Origin: an uncultured bacterium
GTDB lineage: Bacteria; Krumholzibacteriota; Krumholzibacteriia; Krumholzibacteriales; WJIX01
DNA: 64,000 nucleotides
Reading direction: 5' to 3'
Assembly: GCA_964554125.1 (NCBI GenBank)
Contig: CAZKNG010000003.1
Span: forward strand, 2,971 to 66,970
The notes beneath the pieces were generated by a model. It was given only the letters and a program-made list of their open reading frames with translations, had not been told where the DNA came from and searched no databases. The position numbers and the translations under genes were made by a program. Positions 27,726 to 37,146 of the stretch are shown piece by piece; the first letter of the stretch is position 1, and each line of letters starts with the position of its first letter.

Positions 27726-28741
27726 ATAAGATCCTCCTTCATTCGCGTAATAATTTTCCGGTTTATTTCATTTCTGACAAATCTGCTTATGCTTATTATT
27801 CCATTCTTGACCGCCCTGGATGAACTCCCTCCGTGTCCTATAAAAACCGCCCCCTTTAATCCCAGAAGAGGCATCGCGCCGTATTCAGCGTAATCCAGTT
27901 TTTTCTTAAGGTTTCTAAAAGCCGGTTTCATAAGTAACCCGCCTAATTTGGGCAAAAAGGCATTCTTCATTTCATCTTTGAAGAAAGAACTCAAGTAAGA
28001 TACGATACTTTCAGAAAATTTAAGGATTACATTGCCGACAAAACCGTCCGTAACCACTACATCCACTGTTCCTTCAAATATATCAGTTCCCTCAACATTA
28101 CCAACGAAATTCAATTTGCTGTCTTTGAGAAGGGTGTATGATTCCCTGATAAGTTCATTCCCCTTGGACTCTTCCTTACCGATATTCAATAACCCTACCT
28201 TCGGGTTAGCCGTACCCATAAAGGTCTCAGAGTATATCGATCCCATATAGGCAAACTGTTCGAGATGGTGGGGATAACAGTCAGAATTAGCGCCGCCGTC
28301 GAGCAATACCGTATATTTTCCTCTAGTCGGCATAAGAATGGCGATTGCGGGGCGGCTTATCCCTCTCAGCCTTCCAAGTGATAAAAGCGATGAAGCCACA
28401 ACGGCGCCCGTATTCCCGCTGCTGAAAACCGCGTCAACCCTTCCCTTTTTATGCTCTTTTACGGCAACTGAAATTGAAGAGTCTTTTTTCCTTCTTATAG
28501 CAGTCGCCGGAGCTTCAGACATCCCTATAATTTCTGAAGCGTGCACAATATCAATATGCCCGGTATCATAACCGTTACGTGAAATCTCTTCTTCAATTAA
28601 TTCTCTTTTCCCAACCAGGACTACATCAAACTCGCCTCTGGCAGCCTTCACTGCTTCTACAGCCCCCTTTATCATGGCATCGGGAGCATCATCACCACCC
28701 ATAGCATCAACCGCTATTCTCATTGTTTCTCCATTATACAA
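27722..28741 (-). CDS. plsX: Phosphate acyltransferase PlsX
   Basis: 339 aa with the PlsX N-terminus MRIAVDAMGGD. It overlaps fabH by 4 bp. Confidence 0.9.
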   Translation of the reverse strand: MYNGETMRIAVDAMGGDDAPDAMIKGAVEAVKAARGEFDVVLVGKRELIEEEISRNGYDTGHIDIVHASEIIGMSEAPATAIRRKKDSSISVAVKEHKKGRVDAVFSSGNTGAVVASSLLSLGRLRGISRPAIAILMPTRGKYTVLLDGGANSDCYPHHLEQFAYMGSIYSETFMGTANPKVGLLNIGKEESKGNELIRESYTLLKDSKLNFVGNVEGTDIFEGTVDVVVTDGFVGNVILKFSESIVSYLSSFFKDEMKNAFLPKLGGLLMKPAFRNLKKKLDYAEYGAMPLLGLKGAVFIGHGGSSSRAVKNGIISISRFVRNEINRKIITRMKEDLI

Positions 28742-28800
28742 ATATCCATATTATTACCAGAACTTACTAAGAGGTTAATAATAAGCTTGAAAAACTATCT

Positions 28801-28989
28801 CTAGCTTTTCTCTTCTTCCTGCTTGATAACTTCACGCCCTCCATAGTATCCGCAATTGGGGCATACTACATGAGGCGGTTTCGGTTGGTGACAGTGAGAA
28901 CAGCTGGACACAGTAGGATTTGATATCTTCCAGTGTGTCCTTCGTTTTCTTTTTCTGGCTTTCGAAAGTCTTCTCTTAGGTACTGCCAT
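28801..28989 (-). CDS. rpmF: 50S ribosomal protein L32
   Basis: 62 aa. The N-terminus is MAVPKRRLSKARKRKRR, followed by a zinc-ribbon Cys pair. Confidence 0.9.
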   Translation of the reverse strand: MAVPKRRLSKARKRKRRTHWKISNPTVSSCSHCHQPKPPHVVCPNCGYYGGREVIKQEEEKS

Positions 28990-29018
28990 TTAATCACTCC
29001 TCATCGAACTCTTAAAAA

Positions 29019-29555
29019 TTATCTCTTCCCGCTATTCTTTAATTTATCCAAAGCTACCCACCTGGGATCCGTCTGTTCCCTCTCGCATCCACATTCTTCG
29101 ATATTCAAATCATTTCCGCATACAGGGCAAAGACCTTTGCATTCCTTTCTACACAAGATCTTCATCGGTATATTAAGAAGCACAGATTCCTTTACTCTCG
29201 GAAATATGTCGCAGCAGTATTCCTCCTCACTGCTTAATAACACATAATCACCTTCGCCGCCGGCGCCAGAGGCCTCATCGCCGCCTGAGCGCTGGAATAT
29301 AATATCGAATCCGGTACTTAACTTTGTAACACAATCTTTGAGGCACCTGCTGCATTCTCCGTGGATGTCACATTCCACTTCAGCATCAAGCAAATACCGG
29401 CTGCCCATTGAAGTAACATCCGCCTGTACTCTGATTTCACATTTCAACGGACCAACTTCATGCTCGGGTAATTCAAACAGATCTTCAAACGAAAAAGACT
29501 CACGTCCGTCAATCTGCCCGAGATTCACTTCCATCTTTGGAAACTCATTAACCAT
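29019..29555 (-). CDS. yceD: YceD/DUF177 family protein (large-subunit rRNA accumulation protein)
   Basis: 178 aa with Cys clusters (CSRC…CPVC). It sits immediately upstream of rpmF as in many bacteria. Confidence 0.8.
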   Translation of the reverse strand: MVNEFPKMEVNLGQIDGRESFSFEDLFELPEHEVGPLKCEIRVQADVTSMGSRYLLDAEVECDIHGECSRCLKDCVTKLSTGFDIIFQRSGGDEASGAGGEGDYVLLSSEEEYCCDIFPRVKESVLLNIPMKILCRKECKGLCPVCGNDLNIEECGCEREQTDPRWVALDKLKNSGKR

Positions 29556-29567
29556 AAAGAGCTTATA

Positions 29568-29993
29568 TTAATCCTCATCAAACACGATAGCAAGCTCTTT
29601 TTCCGCCGATTCAGGCGAATCGGAAGCGTGAACCGCGTTTTCCTGAAGATCTGTTCCGTACATGTAGCGGATAGTACCGGGGTTTGCTTCCTTCGGATCT
29701 GTTGCTCCAACAAGTTTTCTTAAAAGCTCGATACTATCCTCTTTTTCAAGTTCAATACCAATAACACTGCCTGAAGTAATATAAGAAATCAGTTCGTTAA
29801 AAAAAGGCTTATCTTTGTGGACAGCGTAAAAACTCTCAGCCTTTTCCCTTTTGAATTTAAACTGTTTCAACTTTGTTATTTCAAAACGGTTCATAATAAG
29901 CAGGTCAATGATCGCCCCCTGGTTGCCGTTTTTTACTGCTTCAGGTTTTATCATCAAAAAGGTCTTAGTCAAAATACTCCTCCATTTCATCAC
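29568..29993 (-). CDS. ndk: Nucleoside diphosphate kinase
   Basis: The core is …KTFLMIKPEAV…YMYGTDLQENAVHASDS… (the active-site His region). The true start may be a few codons internal to the listed ORF. Confidence 0.85.
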   Translation of the reverse strand: MMKWRSILTKTFLMIKPEAVKNGNQGAIIDLLIMNRFEITKLKQFKFKREKAESFYAVHKDKPFFNELISYITSGSVIGIELEKEDSIELLRKLVGATDPKEANPGTIRYMYGTDLQENAVHASDSPESAEKELAIVFDED

Positions 29994-30055
29994 TTTTCAT
30001 CTCAGGCGATTCCATCTTCATAAAATTAGAATTGTCAAAAACGTTATTAAGAGTT

Positions 30056-31372
30056 TTATTTTATAAAGTCCTCCAGAACATCTTTAAGTTCAGGTCTGCC
30101 TATTTCGTCCAGATCGTATGACACTCTCACCGACTGCTGCGGGATATCAATTATTCGTCCCAGGTCTATCGGCGTACCTATCACCACGGTGTCACAGTCA
30201 ACCTTGGAAATAGTTTTTTCCAGATCTTTTATCTGTTCTTCACTGTAACCCATAGCGGGAAGCAGAACACCAATTTCAGGGTAGAGCTCGAATGTTTCAG
30301 CCATACGGCCTGTCGTATAGGGACGCGGGTCTACAAGATCCGATGCTCCGTATTTAAGAGCTGCCATGACACCCGCTCCGTACTTCATCCCGCCGTGAGT
30401 CAGGGTCGGTCCATCTTCCACACAAAGCACTTTCTTACCATTTATAGCTGCCGGATCATCAACTGTAAGCGGAGAAGCCGCGTCAATAACAACGGCGTCC
30501 GGGTTGTAAAAGTTTATATTCTCTCTTACAATTTCCACACCTTCAAGATCAGAGGTGTCGATCTTATTTATAATAATAACATCGGCCATCAAGAGATTGG
30601 TAAATCCCGGATAATAACCAATTTCATCACCCGGCCTGTGAGGATCGGCAACAACTATGTTGAGGTCTGTCTTATAAAAAGGTATGTCGTTATTGCCGCC
30701 GTCCCACAGTATTATATCCGCTTCTTTCTCTGCTTCGCGCAGAATGGCTTCATAATCAACGCCGGAATAGATAATTACACCGTTGACAATGTGAGGTTCA
30801 TACTCTTCCATCTCCTCTATTGTGCAATTGTGTTTCTCAAGATCTTCCAGCGAACCGTATCTCTGAACACTCTGTTTGGCAAGGTCACCATAGGGCATGG
30901 GATGTCTTATAGCTACGACCTTCTTGCCGGCATCGGTTAAAATCCGGGCAATCTTTCTCGTGGTCTGGCTCTTTCCACATCCGGTACGTACGGCACATAC
31001 TGATATTACAGGTTTGCTGCTCTTTATCATAGTCGGTTCCGCGCCGGCTAAAGTAAAGTCAGCGCCGAGTGAATTTACATACTGCGCCTTTTCCATTACA
31101 TACTGGTTTGAAAGATCACTGTATGAAAAGAATACTTCCTCGACCTTCCTTTCCCTGATGAGCTCACCCAGCTTCTCTTCGGGATAGATCGATATACCCT
31201 CCGGATAAAGCTCTCCCGCGAGTTCGGAAGGATATTTTCTATCGTCAATATCCGGAATCTGCGTGGCGGTAAAAGCCACTACTTCATACGATTTATTACC
31301 TCTGAAAAGGGTGTTGAAATTATGAAAATCCCTTCCAGCGGCGCCCATTATCAAAACTTTCTTTCTCTCCAT
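30056..31372 (-). CDS. P-loop NTPase of the COG2403 / cyclic-2,3-diphosphoglycerate-synthetase-like family, function unknown
   Basis: 438 aa with a Walker A motif (AVRTGCGKSQ). The N-terminus is MGAAGRDFHNFN. The assignment to COG2403 is from memory and not verified. Confidence 0.4.
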   Translation of the reverse strand: MERKKVLIMGAAGRDFHNFNTLFRGNKSYEVVAFTATQIPDIDDRKYPSELAGELYPEGISIYPEEKLGELIRERKVEEVFFSYSDLSNQYVMEKAQYVNSLGADFTLAGAEPTMIKSSKPVISVCAVRTGCGKSQTTRKIARILTDAGKKVVAIRHPMPYGDLAKQSVQRYGSLEDLEKHNCTIEEMEEYEPHIVNGVIIYSGVDYEAILREAEKEADIILWDGGNNDIPFYKTDLNIVVADPHRPGDEIGYYPGFTNLLMADVIIINKIDTSDLEGVEIVRENINFYNPDAVVIDAASPLTVDDPAAINGKKVLCVEDGPTLTHGGMKYGAGVMAALKYGASDLVDPRPYTTGRMAETFELYPEIGVLLPAMGYSEEQIKDLEKTISKVDCDTVVIGTPIDLGRIIDIPQQSVRVSYDLDEIGRPELKDVLEDFIK

Positions 31373-31441
31373 ACCTGCCTTCCACCTCCATTGTAATAGA
31401 TTGGGGAAACTTCCCCCGCCTCAAGCCTTATTATATCCCGG

Positions 31442-31942
31442 CTACTTCTTCAATTTATTTATCAGCTTGCTGGTTGAATAACCTTCAACCATTTTTACCC
31501 TCTTAACTTCTCCGCCATTACGGAGCACAAAATCCGCTCCCGCTATCTCCTCCACGGAATACTCATCCCCTTTAACAAGTATATCCGGCTTTAATTTCCT
31601 GATTACTTCAACTGGGGTATCCTCCTCAAAAACAGTTACATAATCAACGCAAACGAGGTTAAGGAGGATAAAAGCTCTGTCATATTCCTTCGTAAGAGGT
31701 CTTCGGTGCCCTTTCAGACGTCTTAGTGAACGGTCACTGTTAATACCTACAACAAGACAGTCACCGAAACTACGCGCTTTAACAAGCAGTTCAACGTGCC
31801 CTCGGTGAAGAATATCAAAACAGCCGTTTGTGAAAACCACTCGGCCGTTCAGCTTATCTTTTCTGAAACCGGAAAGTTCAACCGGGTTTATAATTCTCTC
31901 TGTATACTCATTCATAATATTAAGAAGTAAAGGAAGAAACAA
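31442..31942 (-). CDS. rfaE2: D-glycero-beta-D-manno-heptose-1-phosphate adenylyltransferase (RfaE domain II / HldE C-terminal half, stand-alone)
   Basis: 166 aa cytidylyltransferase fold with VVFTNGCFDILHRGHVELL. Confidence 0.8.
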   Translation of the reverse strand: MFLPLLLNIMNEYTERIINPVELSGFRKDKLNGRVVFTNGCFDILHRGHVELLVKARSFGDCLVVGINSDRSLRRLKGHRRPLTKEYDRAFILLNLVCVDYVTVFEEDTPVEVIRKLKPDILVKGDEYSVEEIAGADFVLRNGGEVKRVKMVEGYSTSKLINKLKK

Positions 31943-32897
31943 GTTCTTTTAAGTCGACAACAGCAGTGCCGAGCTCACGTACAACCAGACCTGCCGCCGC
32001 GTTGGCCAACTCTATCGCTTCATCAAGTTCTGCTTCGGCCGCGAGTGCCGCGGCCAGAACACTGATAACGGTATCCCCCGCGCCCGTAACGTCGTATACC
32101 CCGCTGGCCATCGTTGGAAAATGACTATGCTTTTGTCCTCTCCTGAACAATGTCATCCCCTCCTGGCCCCTCGTAATAAGTACGGCTTCCGCCTCGAGGT
32201 CATCTAAGAGAGACTCTCCTGTTTCCAGAAGATCCTTCTCGGATTTGATCTTTCTGTTATAGAACGCCCCCGCTTCATTCTTGTTAGGTGTAATAATATA
32301 AGAACCATGGTAGAGAGAAAAATGTTTCTCCTTTGGATCAACAAGCATGGGTATTGAATTAGCCCGGCATAAACGACGGACATTTTTCATCAATTCGCCG
32401 GTTACAACACCCTTCCCGTAATCTGAAATAACCACAGAGCCGACATCTTTCAATAGATCTTCCACAATGTCAATTATCTCATTTAAAACATTTCCGTCTA
32501 TATCCCCTTCAGATTCAAAATCGGCTCTTACAACCTGCTGGTTGTGCGCGATAATCCTGATCTTTTCAGTTGTTACCCTTGACTTATCTCTGGCAAGAAA
32601 ATCGGTTGTAACACCAAGTTTACTTATGAGTCTCTCAAGTTCCTCGCCGGCCGGCCCTTCACATAAAAGACCTACAAGAGAACATTCAGAACCCAGCGAG
32701 ATAAGATTCCACGCAACATTTGCCGCCCCGCCGGGTCTTACATCTGTCTTTTCAACTTTTACCACGGGAACAGGCGCCTCAGGGCTTATTCTATCAACAA
32801 GTCCCCAATAGTACCTGTCAAGCATTACATCTCCGATAACAGCGACAGATGAGCTTCTTATCTTTTCTCCTATCTCCTCTAATCTGTCCTTATTCAA
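31920..32897 (-). CDS. rfaE1: D-glycero-beta-D-manno-heptose-7-phosphate kinase (RfaE domain I / HldE N-terminal half, PfkB family)
   Basis: 325 aa PfkB-type kinase (…VAVIGDVMLDRYYWG…; GAGDT). It overlaps rfaE2 by 23 bp. Confidence 0.8.
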   Translation of the reverse strand: MNKDRLEEIGEKIRSSSVAVIGDVMLDRYYWGLVDRISPEAPVPVVKVEKTDVRPGGAANVAWNLISLGSECSLVGLLCEGPAGEELERLISKLGVTTDFLARDKSRVTTEKIRIIAHNQQVVRADFESEGDIDGNVLNEIIDIVEDLLKDVGSVVISDYGKGVVTGELMKNVRRLCRANSIPMLVDPKEKHFSLYHGSYIITPNKNEAGAFYNRKIKSEKDLLETGESLLDDLEAEAVLITRGQEGMTLFRRGQKHSHFPTMASGVYDVTGAGDTVISVLAAALAAEAELDEAIELANAAAGLVVRELGTAVVDLKELVSSFTS

Positions 32898-33252
32898 TCG
32901 TCATCCTCTCTGGTGAAACATTTTGTCCAGAAGATAAAAAAAGATATCAGTTTGAGCATTTAACACTTCAAGTTTAAAAAAATATAGCGTTAAATTGTTT
33001 CTCAATCAAGAAGAAGATAAATTCGTCTGGATAAATCCTGCCATTTAAATCAAAAACAGATGGTCAGAGATGAACCCGCCTGCTGTAATCGTTCATTTGT
33101 TTCATAGCAATTGACTAATCGTACAGTATCGTTTAACCTTAACATAGAAGAATAATAATTCGGTGTTAGCCGATATGCGATTATTTGCCGTCTCCAGTGG
33201 GAGCATTGACAATCAGCAGAATCAGGTTAATTTTTTCAAGGAAGGGATAATT

Positions 33253-33576
33253 ATGAAGAAGAAACAACATCAAATCCCCGTACAGCTCGATGAAAAAGAA
33301 GCTGAAGGAGTATATTCCAATTTTGTTCTTACCTCATTTACACCGGCTGAATTTGTTATAGATTTCGCCAGAATGCTTCCGGGATTAAAGAAAGCCAAGG
33401 TTCATTCGAGAATAGTAATGACCCCTCAATCCGCGAAATCACTTTTAGGATTACTAAGCCAGACAGTGAAAAATTATGAGAGTAAATTCGGAGAGATCGA
33501 AGTTAAAGGGATAAAAGGAAACCAGCCGATTGGATTTCACGCAAATTCAGACCTTGGTTCAGATAAGAAGAACTGA
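33253..33576 (+). CDS. DUF3467 family protein
   Basis: The start is taken at the internal MKKKQHQ (RBS GGAAGGG upstream) rather than the track's 33163. It has the …GVYSNFVLTSFTPAEFVIDF… core typical of DUF3467. Confidence 0.55.
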   Translation: MKKKQHQIPVQLDEKEAEGVYSNFVLTSFTPAEFVIDFARMLPGLKKAKVHSRIVMTPQSAKSLLGLLSQTVKNYESKFGEIEVKGIKGNQPIGFHANSDLGSDKKN

Positions 33577-33621
33577 AAAAGCAGGGCAACAGCACCTGCC
33601 GGGACAAACTATACCCTGCTG

Positions 33622-34539
33622 TTATTTATCGGGTGGTTTTGTTTTCCATCTCTTATGGGCCCAGAAATATTGATCCGGATATTTTATTACGCTCTCTTCG
33701 AGCGCCTTGACGTGAAGAGCGGTTAATCTCTTTATTTCTTCTTCCCTGTCCGCTTCAGGATTCACCTGAATTGGAGGGCAAAATACCGCGTGATGAGTCT
33801 CATCTTCCCCTCTTACAATAAAACAGAAGATTATTGGACAGTTCACGCGACACGCGAATTGGGCGGCACCCGGATATGTCGAAGAAGGTATCCCGAAAAA
33901 ATCCACAAAAATGCCGGCTTTCCTGGCGTCCTGGTCGGAAAGCATCGCGACAACCCTGTTCTTCTTAAGCGAGGTGAAGATACCTCGTATTGAAACACCA
34001 ACCGGTATGGTCCCTATTCCGGCCTTTCTTCTTAGCCGGTTAATGTGGGAATCTACGAATTTGTTCCCTTGCTGTCCAACGAGAAAATCTGTCGGGATTC
34101 CAGTAGCGGCAAAAGCCGCTCCCATAAGCTCCCAGCTTCCTAAATGACCTGTAATCGCGATAACCCCATGACCCTTTTTGAGCGCTTCTTCCATATAATC
34201 CTTACCGGAGAAGGATACAAGCTCCCGCAGGTCATCACCAGACAAGCTCCCGATAGAAGCAAACTCGATCATCGATTTCGCGAAGTTGATATAGGATCTT
34301 CTGCCGGTTCTCAGCCGCTCCCGGCTGCTCATTCTGTCTCCGAAAGCTCTTTTAAGATTATTAAGTGTAACAGACCTTCTTATTCTGAAAATATCGAAAG
34401 CAAGAAAGCCGAGAATTGCGCCGAACCTTACTGAAACCTTAAGTGGCAGAAGTCTGGGCAGAATGGAAAGAATATAAACTCCCATCAGCTCTAAACGGTG
34501 CCGTATTCTCTTCCAGTTATCTATATTTCCCTCCATCAA
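33622..34539 (-). CDS. lpxL: Lipid A biosynthesis lauroyl/myristoyl acyltransferase (LpxL/HtrB family, LPLAT)
   Basis: 305 aa with an N-terminal membrane anchor and the …ITGHLGSWE… (HX4D-like) acyltransferase motif. Confidence 0.7.
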   Translation of the reverse strand: MMEGNIDNWKRIRHRLELMGVYILSILPRLLPLKVSVRFGAILGFLAFDIFRIRRSVTLNNLKRAFGDRMSSRERLRTGRRSYINFAKSMIEFASIGSLSGDDLRELVSFSGKDYMEEALKKGHGVIAITGHLGSWELMGAAFAATGIPTDFLVGQQGNKFVDSHINRLRRKAGIGTIPVGVSIRGIFTSLKKNRVVAMLSDQDARKAGIFVDFFGIPSSTYPGAAQFACRVNCPIIFCFIVRGEDETHHAVFCPPIQVNPEADREEEIKRLTALHVKALEESVIKYPDQYFWAHKRWKTKPPDK

Positions 34540-35723
34540 GTTACAAGTTTTGCCAGACGGCTCATCTTTATTTCAATTGCGTCTTCGGGACATAATTCAT
34601 GACAGCACATACAGGTAATACATTTATCATTATTTATTCTGCACACTCCGTCCTGATAGGATATAGCCTCAACGGGACAGCTTCTCTGGCAAAGACGGCA
34701 TCCGGTACATACCGATGGATCAACTACAAGTTTTAACCATACAAAGGGTGATATCAGACGGGCCAGAGGCCTGGGAATCATCCTTAGTTTTCTGTTTGAC
34801 GGTAGATCAAAGGATACGGGTCTTACATCTTTACCGTCACCGGTTACCTGAATACTCTCAATATCGCCAACCCCCAGTTCAATCTCATCCGCGATCCTCG
34901 TTGTATCAATCGAGCCTGGCTTAAAACCGATTATTCCCGCTGCTACGGCGTCGATAGCCACCGCGTCTTCGCCGGCCATAACCAACCCCAGCTTCTTTGG
35001 ATTCCCTGAACTTGGCCCGTCACCCTCCATCGCCACAACCGCATCGACGATACTCAGAGAGGGCCTCACCTTGCTGTATAGCTCAACCAGCATCCTCGCG
35101 AATTCTCCAGGTTTCGGAAACTCCTTGTGTAACTCTGACTTTCTAAAACCGCATACGGTGCCGAACATATTCTTCAAAGCGCATGTCAAGAGCGTCAATG
35201 TATGTGTCTTGAGCTTAGCGATATTTATTATCACATCGGCATCCATAACAGGTTTCGCTATATAAAAAAGATAATCCCCGCTTTTTACCTCCACTGACCC
35301 TGAAGCTTCAAAGTTTACGAGTTCTACTCCGATTCGGCGGGCCATTTCCTCAATCCCGGTGTTTTCCCATACCCTCTTTACTCCGCGCAACACCCCTCCC
35401 GGACTGTCGCCGATCACCGGATACCCGCCGCACTCTGTTACGATCATTGCCAACGCTTCTATTACAGAGGGATGCGTCGTTATCGCTCTTTCAGGTGCCT
35501 TCGCGGAGAGCATATTCGGTTTGAGAAGAACTCTTTGCCCCGGTTTAACAAAGTGCTCAATGCCGCCCACCTGCTCGATACTTCTGCTTACGGAATCATA
35601 AACATCGGTAATTTCATAGCCGGCGCACTTTGTAATAGAAACAATACTCTTTTTAGTATTCCGTGAACTCATACCTGAATCCTCCGCTGAATTCCCCCTC
35701 ACGGAGAATAAAATATTCTCCAT
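34536..35723 (-). CDS. DUF362 domain protein with a C-terminal 2x[4Fe-4S] ferredoxin domain
   Basis: 395 aa. The C-terminus is CTGCRLCQRSCP…CITCMCCHELCP (two CxxCxxCxxxCP motifs). The stop overlaps the lpxL start by 4 bp. Confidence 0.6.
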   Translation of the reverse strand: MENILFSVRGNSAEDSGMSSRNTKKSIVSITKCAGYEITDVYDSVSRSIEQVGGIEHFVKPGQRVLLKPNMLSAKAPERAITTHPSVIEALAMIVTECGGYPVIGDSPGGVLRGVKRVWENTGIEEMARRIGVELVNFEASGSVEVKSGDYLFYIAKPVMDADVIINIAKLKTHTLTLLTCALKNMFGTVCGFRKSELHKEFPKPGEFARMLVELYSKVRPSLSIVDAVVAMEGDGPSSGNPKKLGLVMAGEDAVAIDAVAAGIIGFKPGSIDTTRIADEIELGVGDIESIQVTGDGKDVRPVSFDLPSNRKLRMIPRPLARLISPFVWLKLVVDPSVCTGCRLCQRSCPVEAISYQDGVCRINNDKCITCMCCHELCPEDAIEIKMSRLAKLVT

Positions 35724-35877
35724 CTCAAAGCAACCGGCAATTACCCGCGGACCATTTATTTGAGAGAAGCGCGTTCAACCTTCTTATTCACTTTTCTAAG
35801 AGGTTTCCTTTCCCGTACCCGGCAAATAGATTTTGAAATTAAGATTATTGTTTTTTATTATCTCATCGTAATTTATT

Positions 35878-36990
35878 CTATAAAGATCGAATCTCTTTTG
35901 CCGCGTAAAGCCCGGCCCCAAAAGACCTGCATAGCCCTTTTATCTCTAACCTCAAAAGTAGAGGCATAAGCGATACCGTTTTAATATTACTTTCCAGCGC
36001 GAGTTCATCGACATGCCTTGGTTCTAACTCAAGGATATCAAGCACCCTTCTTTCATTACCGGTCAATGAAATATTATCATCCTCTGAACTGCTTACTTCT
36101 CCTGTTAAATCGAACAGGGGCATAAGTATCCCGAGTATATCCTCAGCGCTTTCAACAAGCCCCGCTCCCTCTCTAATCAGTTTGTGAGGCCCTCTGCTGC
36201 CTCTGCTTTCAACCGGTCCCGGTACGGCTAACACCTCCCTCCCCTGCTGAGCCGCCCATCCGGCAGTGAGCATCGCCCCACTCCTTATTCCGGCCTCTAC
36301 GACTACTACGCCCACTGAAATACCGCTTAGAATCCTGTTTCTCCGTGGAAAATTATATTTCAACGGCTGTGTTCCTACAGGGAATTCAGTGATAATACAT
36401 CCATTTCTTGATATATCTATCGCCAGCGAAGAATTTTCCCTCGGGTATGCTATATCGATTCCGCATCCAAGAACGGCAACAGTTCCACCCTCATTTTCAA
36501 GGGCTCCTTCATGAACAGATGTATCGATTCCCCTGGCCAGCCCACTGACAACAACCACACCAGCAGCGGATATATCCCTTGCCAGAGTTTTTGCCGTCAC
36601 CCTCCCTCTTCTGCTGCACTTTCTCGAACCCACAATACAGACCTTTCTCTTTCCAAGTCTTTCGATACATCCTCTACAGAAGAGTATTGGCGGAGGATAT
36701 TTAAGCTCTTTTAAAAGAGCTGGATATCCGCCGTCGGATATTGCTATAATCCGGCACAATCCGCTTTCCGCTGCTTCAAGCTGCTCTTCAACAAATCTTC
36801 TGTTAATACCGCTGATTCTTTTTCCAATAAGAGCACCCAGTTCTCTTCTTCCGGTTCGTTTCCGGAGCATTCCTGATATTTCCTCAAGCGTGACCCTGTC
36901 TCTCAACCTTATCCATGTAGGAACACTTACACCTTCGACAGAAAGAAGATTCAGCCATAATGCTGCTTCCCTTGAACACATCATCCACAC
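35878..36990 (-). CDS. dprA: DNA-processing protein DprA (Smf)
   Basis: 370 aa with …IVGSRKCSRRGRVTAKTLARDISAAGVVVVSGLARGIDTSVHEGAL… (Rossmann-like DprA core). Confidence 0.85.
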   Translation of the reverse strand: MWMMCSREAALWLNLLSVEGVSVPTWIRLRDRVTLEEISGMLRKRTGRRELGALIGKRISGINRRFVEEQLEAAESGLCRIIAISDGGYPALLKELKYPPPILFCRGCIERLGKRKVCIVGSRKCSRRGRVTAKTLARDISAAGVVVVSGLARGIDTSVHEGALENEGGTVAVLGCGIDIAYPRENSSLAIDISRNGCIITEFPVGTQPLKYNFPRRNRILSGISVGVVVVEAGIRSGAMLTAGWAAQQGREVLAVPGPVESRGSRGPHKLIREGAGLVESAEDILGILMPLFDLTGEVSSSEDDNISLTGNERRVLDILELEPRHVDELALESNIKTVSLMPLLLRLEIKGLCRSFGAGLYAAKEIRSL

Positions 36991-37146
36991 CTCCGCTTTC
37001 TCAAACGACTCAGCATATTAGTTTTAAATTATTAATAACCGGCGGGTAAAATATATCCCTGCCCGAACCACACTCCAGGGTGCTGCCGTAAGACAGCTCC
37101 CATATCTATTCTAACCGATAATTCTTTTATCCATCAAGGGATTTTA

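Noticed and set aside
33584-33630. Possible bidirectional terminator between DUF3467 and lpxL
   Set aside because: The inverted repeats AACAGCA/TGCTGTT and GCAGGG/CCCTGC are present but not nested in a way that forms one clean stem, so this is too weak to call.
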